From a virus (Duplodnaviria; Caudoviricetes), in the IMG/VR virus record IMGVR_UViG_2920951204_000001, positions 1 to 64,000 of that record: a DNA stretch of 64,000 nt, one strand, 5' to 3'. Shown in pieces: positions 54,213 through 61,472 of this stretch. Within the stretch, counting starts at the first letter, position 1; each line of letters opens with the position of its first letter. The notes beneath the pieces are model-generated. The model was not told where the DNA came from, made no database searches, and was given only the letters and a program-made list of their open reading frames with translations. A program made the position numbers and the translations under genes.

Positions 54213-54836
54213 TTATCTCCTTATAAGTGATCTAATGATTCTTAAATTCTTTTCATCCATAATTGCTTTATGATTATCTTTATACATAGTTTCGTTTATA
54301 TGCAACATTTCCTGTATTTCCTTTGGTAAGTATCCTTCACTTAAATATGTAAGTATTATTCTTTGAATCCTAGAGAGACGTGATAAGTATTCTTTCATTT
54401 CTTTACTATACTCTTCTTTAAAGACTTCTTCTTCTAAACTATAAGAAGAACTTATCCGCTCAAACATACTCAAACACTCTTCTGTTGGTGCATCGAGAGA
54501 AAAATCCGGAATAAATACTATATTTCCATTTTCATCTTCTATCATATTACTTCTGCATTTACGATTTTTATCACGAATATATGTTGCATATAATCTTCTG
54601 CTTAAAATATTGTAAAAAAACGTATTAAAAGATGCTCCTTTTGCATTATTTTCATCGTACTTCTCAACAGCTTTGTATAATAATAATTGTGCCAAACTAA
54701 AAATATCGTCATGGTCTTTTTCACTAATTCCACCCGTTCTGATTATAATTGGATAGCACACCATCTTTAATTTTTTCATATTATTATTACAATAGTCATA
54801 AATAATTTCCATTTGTTTCTCATTTAACTTTGTCAT
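54213..54836 (-). CDS. Phage sigma-70-like factor
   Basis: LYKAVEKYD...ASFNTF (region 2), SLD, LSRIQRIIL...GYLPKEIQEML (region 4). Confidence 0.75.
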   Translation of the reverse strand: MTKLNEKQMEIIYDYCNNNMKKLKMVCYPIIIRTGGISEKDHDDIFSLAQLLLYKAVEKYDENNAKGASFNTFFYNILSRRLYATYIRDKNRKCRSNMIEDENGNIVFIPDFSLDAPTEECLSMFERISSSYSLEEEVFKEEYSKEMKEYLSRLSRIQRIILTYLSEGYLPKEIQEMLHINETMYKDNHKAIMDEKNLRIIRSLIRR

Positions 54837-54851
54837 CTCATCACTCCTATC

Positions 54852-55460
54852 CTAGAAATCAAATAATTCTTTTAATACTCTTGGTTCATAAAAACGCTTG
54901 TCCATTCCTGCCACACATCTGTTGATCTCATCAGTAGCGGTTTCGGATATTTTCTTGCTAAGAATAATATTCAGAACACTCAATTCGTTCTTTATGCTTC
55001 TTCTTATTATTCTCCGTTCTTTTAACATTTTATATACCTTGTATCCTTGTGCAGCATTTAAGTTGCAAAACTCTATGTAATGAAGTAAATCGCAAATTTC
55101 CTTGTCGATGTTACTTAACTTTTGATTTAATTCTTCTTTCCTACGTAATGCATCGCTTGCCAATCCATTTAGATCAGAAATTTTGTCTAACCAACATTGG
55201 ATATTTTCTGAAACCAAAACCTTTTCTGTATCTTTTAGTTCCTTGTCTGTTGCCGGTTTGATTTCCTTTGGCACTTCCTCACTCGTTTTTTCCACATAAA
55301 AAACTCCTCTTAACGCCTTCGCCAATGAACATTTTTGTATATTTTCAGCCTGTTTTTTACTAAAAATGTCCGCAAAAGACTCACATGAAGTAGGAACATA
55401 CTTTCCATTCCTGTCCTTCATGATCCATCGAGTTCCGTCTGTAATGACATAGTTTGCCAT
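54852..55460 (-). CDS. Conserved phage coiled-coil protein
   Basis: DLLHYIEF...NAAQGY motif; first gene after the SOS promoter. Confidence 0.7.
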   Translation of the reverse strand: MANYVITDGTRWIMKDRNGKYVPTSCESFADIFSKKQAENIQKCSLAKALRGVFYVEKTSEEVPKEIKPATDKELKDTEKVLVSENIQCWLDKISDLNGLASDALRRKEELNQKLSNIDKEICDLLHYIEFCNLNAAQGYKVYKMLKERRIIRRSIKNELSVLNIILSKKISETATDEINRCVAGMDKRFYEPRVLKELFDF

Positions 55461-55552
55461 CGAAACACCTCTTTCTTATTTAATTTTTTAAAATTTTTTG
55501 ATAAATTTTGCAGAATTGCTAACGATTGCCAAGTCAAAATCTCACCTTTAAC

Positions 55553-55694
55553 TTGACATTTTTGAATTAATATGTAATATTGGGGTTAGCAACGTACTGC
55601 GTTTAACGTATTTACGTTGTGTTTTATGTAATTTAGATAGGGTCTGTATTAGGTACTGCCAATACCTTTTACATCAAGACTCTATCTTTTTTTT
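55553..55694 (+). ncRNA. Putative antisense small RNA with promoter and terminator
   Basis: TTGACA 55553, TAATAT 55575; hairpin GATAGGGTC...GACTCTATC followed by a T-run. Confidence 0.5.
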
Positions 55695-55704
55695 GTATAA
55701 TAAG

Positions 55705-55733
55705 ATAATAGAACGTCCGTTCGATATTGTCAA
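55705..55733 (-). promoter_or_regulatory. SigA promoter with LexA (SOS) box in the spacer
   Basis: TTGACA-17-TATTAT with CGAAC-GGAC-GTTCT at 55723-55710. Confidence 0.8.
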
Positions 55734-55784
55734 TGGTAAATTTTACCTTTTATTTTACAAGTCCAATAATAAGGACTTGTTCAT

Positions 55785-56066
55785 TTAATTTGACCGAAAA
55801 AGTATCGTATTCAATGTTCCAACTGGCTTGTAATTAATCGGATCGACCTGTCTTGTTGTAAAACATCTCAACTGTGCAGCAAAATCATCACAAACCTTTG
55901 CAATTGTCTCTGCTTCCTGTAACAATTCTGAACATTCACAGAATTTTTTTTTAGTGAAACCAATATTGCAATCTTCCTGTTCAAGATATTGTCTAGATAC
56001 AAGAACGATTGCGTCCTTTTTAACAACTTTTTTTGCTTCTTCGAGTGTCATTGCTACATAATCCAT
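55785..56066 (-). CDS. Hypothetical protein
   Basis: SD GGAGG; follows the mazF-like gene. Confidence 0.6.
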   Translation of the reverse strand: MDYVAMTLEEAKKVVKKDAIVLVSRQYLEQEDCNIGFTKKKFCECSELLQEAETIAKVCDDFAAQLRCFTTRQVDPINYKPVGTLNTILFRSN

Positions 56067-56071
56067 AATTA

Positions 56072-56437
56072 TTATTCCTCCAAATCTCCAAAATTAGCAT
56101 AGTATACTCTTTTTATATTTCTTTTATCTTCTATTGAAGATATGTACCCTAATTTCTTAATTATTCTCTCTTCTGAAACTTGTCTTAAACATTCTCCAAG
56201 TACCATACTATTAACTTTCAAGCCTTTTTCTACATCTTTTTCGAAAAGAAGATGTGTCGGTTGATCTAAGTGTTTAATTTTAGATGTTAATGGTGCTACT
56301 AATGTCGTTCCACTAAAATAATTTCCAATATCGTTTTGCAAAATAATTGCTGGTCGTTTTCCACCTTGCTCTCCGGCGAATTGTACTTTTCCAAAATCAA
56401 CAAGCACTATATCGAATCTTTTATAATTGCCTTTCAT
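56072..56437 (-). CDS. PemK/MazF-family protein
   Basis: DIVLVDF...EQGGKRPAIILQND.GN...VAPLTS. Confidence 0.9.
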   Translation of the reverse strand: MKGNYKRFDIVLVDFGKVQFAGEQGGKRPAIILQNDIGNYFSGTTLVAPLTSKIKHLDQPTHLLFEKDVEKGLKVNSMVLGECLRQVSEERIIKKLGYISSIEDKRNIKRVYYANFGDLEE

Positions 56438-56575
56438 TTCACATCCTCCTTTCTTATTTGTCTGTTTCTATATTCCACATTATATATCTTTTTATATTAT
56501 ATGTCAACATATATTATTGAAAAATACATTATTTTTTTGTATTATATATGTAAATAATATATAAGGAGATTTAAA

Positions 56576-56788
56576 ATGTACAAACTCAAAGTAAGGGAAC
56601 TATTAGAACAACAAGATAAAACGCCTTATTGGTTATCCAAACAAACAGGTATAGCCCCTAATAACATATTAAAGATCTGCAATGGGGAAACTGTTAATAT
56701 TCGACTTGATACTATCAATAAACTTTGTGATGCTTTGAATTGTAAACCAGGAGACTTATTTACATTTGAAAAAGACGATACTAAATAA
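56576..56788 (+). CDS. Xre/Cro-like HTH regulator
   Basis: YWLSKQTGI...TINKLCDALNCKPGDL; SD AAGGAG; divergent from mazF-like gene. Confidence 0.9.
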   Translation: MYKLKVRELLEQQDKTPYWLSKQTGIAPNNILKICNGETVNIRLDTINKLCDALNCKPGDLFTFEKDDTK

Positions 56789-56800
56789 GTATCGTCTTTT
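56770..56800. terminator. Bidirectional terminator
   Basis: AAAAGACGATACT/AGTATCGTCTTTT inverted repeat between convergent genes. Confidence 0.75.
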
Positions 56801-56804
56801 ACTA

Positions 56805-57545
56805 CTACCCATATATAAATGATGTTCTTTTTTTGTTTGCTCTAATTCTTTCGTCTTCCAGACAAGCATATCTTTCAGTTATTCTTAAATCCGAATGAGC
56901 AAACATTGTCGATATATCTACAAGGGCTTGTGCTTTATCATCCGAATTTTTAATGTACTGATTAGCCATTGTTTTTCTAAGTCCATGTGTTCCAATTTTC
57001 TGTGGAATACCAGCTTCCTTCCTTGTTTTTTCCATTATTTCATACCAACTTTTTTCACCTATTTTAGAGCCTTTCTGACTTGTAAAAATATAATCATTTA
57101 GTTCCTGTGGTTTAACCATTCTATTACACCATTTCAACCAATCAACGAGTGCTTGAACAGAATCATCATTCCAATATAATTCTATATGTTTATGAGTTCT
57201 TTTTGTTTTTTCTGGAACATACTCTACTTTATTTTTAAAATTCCAATTTATATCAAAAATGTCAGACCATTTAAGGTTACAAAAATCTCCACCACGCAGC
57301 CCAATATCAATAGCGAATACAAACATTGTTAAATTTCTTCTTGCTATTGTCTCCTTTTTTATTGATGTTGCACTCTCCACCTTATTTTTAAATATATTAT
57401 ACACTCGCATTATTTCTTCACGATCTTTTAAACACCACATTTTTGTTGATCTTCCTATATTATCAACTTTTTTAACCCTGTTTATCGGAAATTGTACAAC
57501 CTTTGATTCTATATTTCCCATTTTATTAAAATCTACTGCCAACAC
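56805..57545 (-). CDS. Small tyrosine recombinase
   Basis: GLRGGD (R), EKT (K), HGLR, AHS (H), TERY (Y) all present; 246 aa. Confidence 0.92.
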   Translation of the reverse strand: MLAVDFNKMGNIESKVVQFPINRVKKVDNIGRSTKMWCLKDREEIMRVYNIFKNKVESATSIKKETIARRNLTMFVFAIDIGLRGGDFCNLKWSDIFDINWNFKNKVEYVPEKTKRTHKHIELYWNDDSVQALVDWLKWCNRMVKPQELNDYIFTSQKGSKIGEKSWYEIMEKTRKEAGIPQKIGTHGLRKTMANQYIKNSDDKAQALVDISTMFAHSDLRITERYACLEDERIRANKKRTSFIYG

Positions 57546-57549
57546 AATA

Positions 57550-57822
57550 TCAACCTACCTTTCTATCATTATTATTCTCCATTGAATAATACATTTTCCT
57601 CATTTCTTTTGCTTTGTTCATTACTTCGTCAAAAGAATCGCAAAATCTTATTTCCACACACTTACAAATCTTTCCACACGAAAGACAATACAAATCTTTG
57701 ATATGAAATTTTTCACGTTGGGATTTCCTTTGTATTCCTTGTGCTAACTTATTTTCCTGCAAGCAAGACAAACAAATGAATCTCGATTGCCTTTTAGGAT
57801 TTCCATTTTTATATCTACTCAA
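57550..57822 (-). CDS. Zinc-ribbon protein
   Basis: CLSC...HIKDLYCLSC; ends 4 bp before the recombinase start. Confidence 0.7.
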   Translation of the reverse strand: MSRYKNGNPKRQSRFICLSCLQENKLAQGIQRKSQREKFHIKDLYCLSCGKICKCVEIRFCDSFDEVMNKAKEMRKMYYSMENNNDRKVG

Positions 57823-57851
57823 ATTTTACCACCTACTTTCTTATACTAAAA

Positions 57852-57878
57852 AAGAAGTGAAACAATCTTCACTTCTTT
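57852..57878 (-). terminator. Hairpin/terminator
   Basis: AAGAAGTGAA...TTCACTTCTT with a minus-strand T-run. Confidence 0.55.
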
Positions 57879-58035
57879 AATGTTTATTACTGTGTACAAA
57901 ATTGCTGTTTTATTTATTTTAATTGACGTTATTGCAAAGCAACTCTTTCACTTAACGAAGTCATTCCTGCGAGACATTCTTGTTTTTTGTTTCTTTATGT
58001 ACTCTTTAATATATCTCATATCATCAACATTGCAT

Positions 58036-58281
58036 TTAATTATTCTCATTTGCTTTCACCTTTTCTATACATTCTGAATCGAACCAATACCAACCAAATT
58101 GACTATGTTTATTGTATTTTCCATCAATAATAATTCCAACACTATTTCCTGATATAGCTGCAATTTTCCCTTCTAAGCCAACTAATTCAGGATATTCACT
58201 TTCGGAAGATAATTGTCTTTTAGGTAAACAAATGATTTTTATTTTTCCTGGATAAATAAATTGTTCTATTTTTCTTTTCAT
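58036..58281 (-). CDS. Hypothetical protein
   Basis: SD AAGGAG; resembles the N-terminal part of 42195-42956 (IDG.YN..S..G.YWF). Confidence 0.65.
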   Translation of the reverse strand: MKRKIEQFIYPGKIKIICLPKRQLSSESEYPELVGLEGKIAAISGNSVGIIIDGKYNKHSQFGWYWFDSECIEKVKANENN

Positions 58282-58340
58282 ATTTTCTCCTTTTCATATA
58301 ATGAAATCGTCAATTCATGGTATTTTTAAATACCTTTACA

Positions 58341-59555
58341 TTACGCTCTCAGCATAGCCAAGTTAATAATTGTTGGGTGTGAACCTGCACCCTCTATTCC
58401 TTTGCTAAACGCATCAGGAATTACCTTCTTTAATATTTGATATGCTCCATTTACATCTGCATTTATCTTCTTTCCGCAATCTGCAATGAATAATCCTCTA
58501 TGAACTCTGCGTTCCTTATTATAATTCTCTTTTACAGGATCTTCATTATCAAGAAATGATGTTCCAGAAGTACATGCTTCCTCATTTTCTATAAATCTAA
58601 TTCCATTATTCTCACATTTATATGCAAGCATCTGGATAAATAGTTCATAAGGAATATAAGTAAAATTCTGCATACCTTGTTTCTTTTGTTTCCATTCATC
58701 GTTGTGTCCTACAATCAATGTGTCAATTTCATATAAGACACACCAATCAACTACATACTTACTTATACAATGCATCTGATATTTAATCATTTCATATCGC
58801 TTGTCTGTAAGTTTCTGTAACTTGTTCGACCAATCTTTTCCGTTGACTTTCTTCAACTCTGACTGAATATTTGCTTTCTGTTTATTGTAAAACCGATTAA
58901 TTGACTTAATAACTCCACCTTTAACAGCTATTGGATTTTCACCAATGTTGTTTACCATAGTTATGAAATTATCAACTCCAATATCAATGGCAGCTACTCT
59001 TTCAGAAGTTTCTGAAATGTCTGGCACTTCGATTTCATAGACGATTTCCATTACATACTTTTTACATCTAGGAATGAATCTGCATTGTAATATTCTTTCT
59101 TGTGCATTTGTCTTAAACATATTGTTGTATGGTTTAAATGGCTTCCATGCAAAATATACATATCCATCTTTCAATTTCACTTTGTTGCTATCAAGAGATA
59201 GTAAGAATCTTCCGTCTTTATCTTTATATTTTGGAATCTTTGGTCTACCTAAATATTTACTAGGATTTTTCTTCCAATCCTTAATTGCCTTGAAAAATGC
59301 TTTCCAATTTTTATCAAGTATCCTTAAAGTTCCTTGACCTGTATTATTTCCAATATCTTTGTATGGCTCTGACTCTTTTACAAGTTGAAATAATTGATTA
59401 TATTTAATCCAGTTTCCATTATTTATAAATTCTTGACGAATAATATAATTCGCATAGTTGTATAAATTCTTTGACTTGAAACACATTTCATCAACAAATT
59501 TATAAAAATCAGTTCCATACTTTATATTATGCTGTTCACATCTTGTTATTTTCGT
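58341..59555 (-). CDS. tnpB: TnpB-family nuclease, same clade as 25767-27068; non-ATG start
   Basis: Frame extends to ACG-KITRCEQHNIK after AAGGAG; AIDIGVDN, EEACTS, NADVNG. Confidence 0.9.
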   Translation of the reverse strand, partial: TKITRCEQHNIKYGTDFYKFVDEMCFKSKNLYNYANYIIRQEFINNGNWIKYNQLFQLVKESEPYKDIGNNTGQGTLRILDKNWKAFFKAIKDWKKNPSKYLGRPKIPKYKDKDGRFLLSLDSNKVKLKDGYVYFAWKPFKPYNNMFKTNAQERILQCRFIPRCKKYVMEIVYEIEVPDISETSERVAAIDIGVDNFITMVNNIGENPIAVKGGVIKSINRFYNKQKANIQSELKKVNGKDWSNKLQKLTDKRYEMIKYQMHCISKYVVDWCVLYEIDTLIVGHNDEWKQKKQGMQNFTYIPYELFIQMLAYKCENNGIRFIENEEACTSGTSFLDNEDPVKENYNKERRVHRGLFIADCGKKINADVNGAYQILKKVIPDAFSKGIEGAGSHPTIINLAMLRA

Positions 59556-59723
59556 ATCATATCATCTCCTTTCCATAGAAATTATATTGATAACGTTCTA
59601 TAGAGTTATTCTCTCTTCTGACCGCACATTATCAAGAGCTTCGCATCTCCTTCACGGTAACTGTTCAAGGCAGTCAACCCTTTATTCAGTTGTCAATGTT
59701 CAACTGTAATAGGAATTTTCGAG

Positions 59724-59828
59724 TTGACTAACTCTTAAAAGATGATATAATAGAAATTAGTCAAACTCTGTGTTTGGCGGCTATGTAAAGTGGTGAATGT
59801 CTTTGGTCGGATGCTCACCACTTTTTTA
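59724..59828 (+). ncRNA. Putative antisense RNA with promoter and terminator
   Basis: TTGACT 59724, extended TGaTATAAT 59743-59751; hairpin AAGTGGTGA...TCACCACTT followed by a T-run. Confidence 0.6.
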
Positions 59829-59984
59829 GTTGTCTTTCTTTTTCTCCATATATTCCAGGATAGCTCGTCTTACTATTGCATTCATTTCACAACATTCTTT
59901 CTCAGCTTCCTTTTGAAGAAACTCTTTGATTTCGGGAGTTAGACCGACAACCAATTTTTCTGAAAATCTTTTCGGTCTTGCCAT
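59826..59984 (-). CDS. Ribbon-helix-helix (CopG/Arc-like) protein, 52 aa, not in ORF track
   Basis: AAGGAGG SD; MARPKRFSEKLVVGLTPEIKEFLQKEAEKECCEMNAIVRRAILEYMEKKKDN. Confidence 0.78.
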   Translation of the reverse strand: MARPKRFSEKLVVGLTPEIKEFLQKEAEKECCEMNAIVRRAILEYMEKKKDN

Positions 59985-60008
59985 TCACAAATCCTCCTTA
60001 CATTTTCC

Positions 60009-60036
60009 ATTATACTCAACATTATTCATTTGTCAA
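60009..60036 (-). promoter_or_regulatory. SigA promoter
   Basis: TTGACA-16-TATAAT upstream of the RHH gene. Confidence 0.75.
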
Positions 60037-60097
60037 TACTTTTTTGGTAGTTTTTAATATCAATTAAATATCAAAAACCAAGTAAATCATTCTTTCA

Positions 60098-60301
60098 TTA
60101 TATCCTTAGTCCTTCGGTAATAAATCTCCTAAAGCATCCTTCCATTCTCCAAACTTCATACTTTACTGTACTTTTATCTTGATATTCAACATAAGCTACA
60201 TTAGTTTCAAATCCTTCTATATCAATTAAATTTACATATCCAATTTGCAAATAATGTTCATCTTTTGGATCAATGCAAATAAGTACGTCTCCTTCATTCA
60301 T
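60098..60301 (-). CDS. Hypothetical protein (single-gene unit)
   Basis: Bracketed by sites 60081 and 60316. Confidence 0.7.
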   Translation of the reverse strand: MNEGDVLICIDPKDEHYLQIGYVNLIDIEGFETNVAYVEYQDKSTVKYEVWRMEGCFRRFITEGLRI

Positions 60302-60322
60302 AAAATCACCTCCAAAGGAAAG

Positions 60323-60547
60323 TTAAAGTTCATTAGCTTTCTGTAGTTGCAATATCAATTCTAACTCTGCAATTTCCGTTTTTAATTTCTTCATATTCAA
60401 TAATGCATTAATAGCGTTATCTTCATAATTTGATTGCTCAATATTTTTCATATCAATTCTAAAATATTCTTGTTGATTTCCCAAATCTCGCTTCTTTGCA
60501 GCTAATCGCTGTTCCAATACGTCATTCATATTATTCACTCCTTCCAC
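60323..60547 (-). CDS. Hypothetical protein (single-gene unit)
   Basis: Bracketed by sites 60316 and 60548. Confidence 0.65.
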   Translation of the reverse strand: MEGVNNMNDVLEQRLAAKKRDLGNQQEYFRIDMKNIEQSNYEDNAINALLNMKKLKTEIAELELILQLQKANEL

Positions 60548-60609
60548 ATGAAAACTTGGTTTCTTGTCACTTTAATATTCTCTGTTTTAATAAGTAATGG
60601 TGCTATAAT

Positions 60610-60945
60610 TTATACAGCACCATTATCTTCTAAAAATTTTCTATACATATTTTCAATTCTATTCAAATCATCTTTGTGCAAATCACCGATTTTGAATATA
60701 AAGCTATCTTTTGTAAGTAGCGTTACTTTTGATACTCTCGCAGTTGAAGCCAATCTCAAACTCGCTTCTTCCCAATAGATAATAGGAGTATCATAAGGAT
60801 CTTCTTTTCTTACCTTATGCTTTGTTATCTTGACAGATAATACACCAAGTAAATTTTCATCAAGTACCACAACAGGTCTATTCAGTATTCTACTTGGATC
60901 TTCTTCTAATGGAAATTCAACAAACCATACTTCTCCTTTGTTCAT
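60610..60945 (-). CDS. PemK/MazF-like toxin
   Basis: GEVWFVEFP.E...RPVVVL...KIT; STARVSK. Confidence 0.8.
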   Translation of the reverse strand: MNKGEVWFVEFPLEEDPSRILNRPVVVLDENLLGVLSVKITKHKVRKEDPYDTPIIYWEEASLRLASTARVSKVTLLTKDSFIFKIGDLHKDDLNRIENMYRKFLEDNGAV

Positions 60946-61262
60946 TATTCAATACCTCTTTCTTTTTTCATTTGCTCAAACATATCATCCCATTCTGATT
61001 CAGTTGCCCAATCGCCAACAGAAGATATTGTCGCTTTCCCTTCTTTATTGTAATTTGTATTTTTCATTGCTAACTGATATGATTTCAAGCCATATATTCC
61101 CGTATTCATATCAGGATGAAATGGTAAAGCCTGTTCTCTTACGGCTTGTTTAGCAGCCATTATAAAGAAAGTAGTCATGTCCATTCCAAGATTAGACATC
61201 AGCTCCTGTAATTGTGCTTTCAGTGCTTCATCAATTCTCATTGTTACATTTGTATTTGCCAT
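60945..61262 (-). CDS. RelB/DinJ-family antitoxin
   Basis: MANTNVTMRID..LK...LGMDMTT...KQAVREQALPF; ATG at 61262 after AAGGAG. Confidence 0.85.
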   Translation of the reverse strand: MANTNVTMRIDEALKAQLQELMSNLGMDMTTFFIMAAKQAVREQALPFHPDMNTGIYGLKSYQLAMKNTNYNKEGKATISSVGDWATESEWDDMFEQMKKERGIE

Positions 61263-61287
61263 ATATATCACTCCTTTCTTTAATATT

Positions 61288-61316
61288 ATTATATTCTCCG
61301 TTTTTATCACTGTCAA
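61288..61316 (-). promoter_or_regulatory. SigA promoter of the TA operon
   Basis: Perfect TTGACA-17-TATAAT. Confidence 0.8.
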
Positions 61317-61472
61317 TACATTGTTATAACATTGTACATAAAGCTATTATTTTTAATAAAATAATTCTTTAACAATTTTGCAAGTTTCAATATCCTGTGC
61401 ATACCAATGACCATTTAACTGAATTATTCTGTATTTTAATCCCATTCAATCTATCTCCTTTTCTATAAAAGG

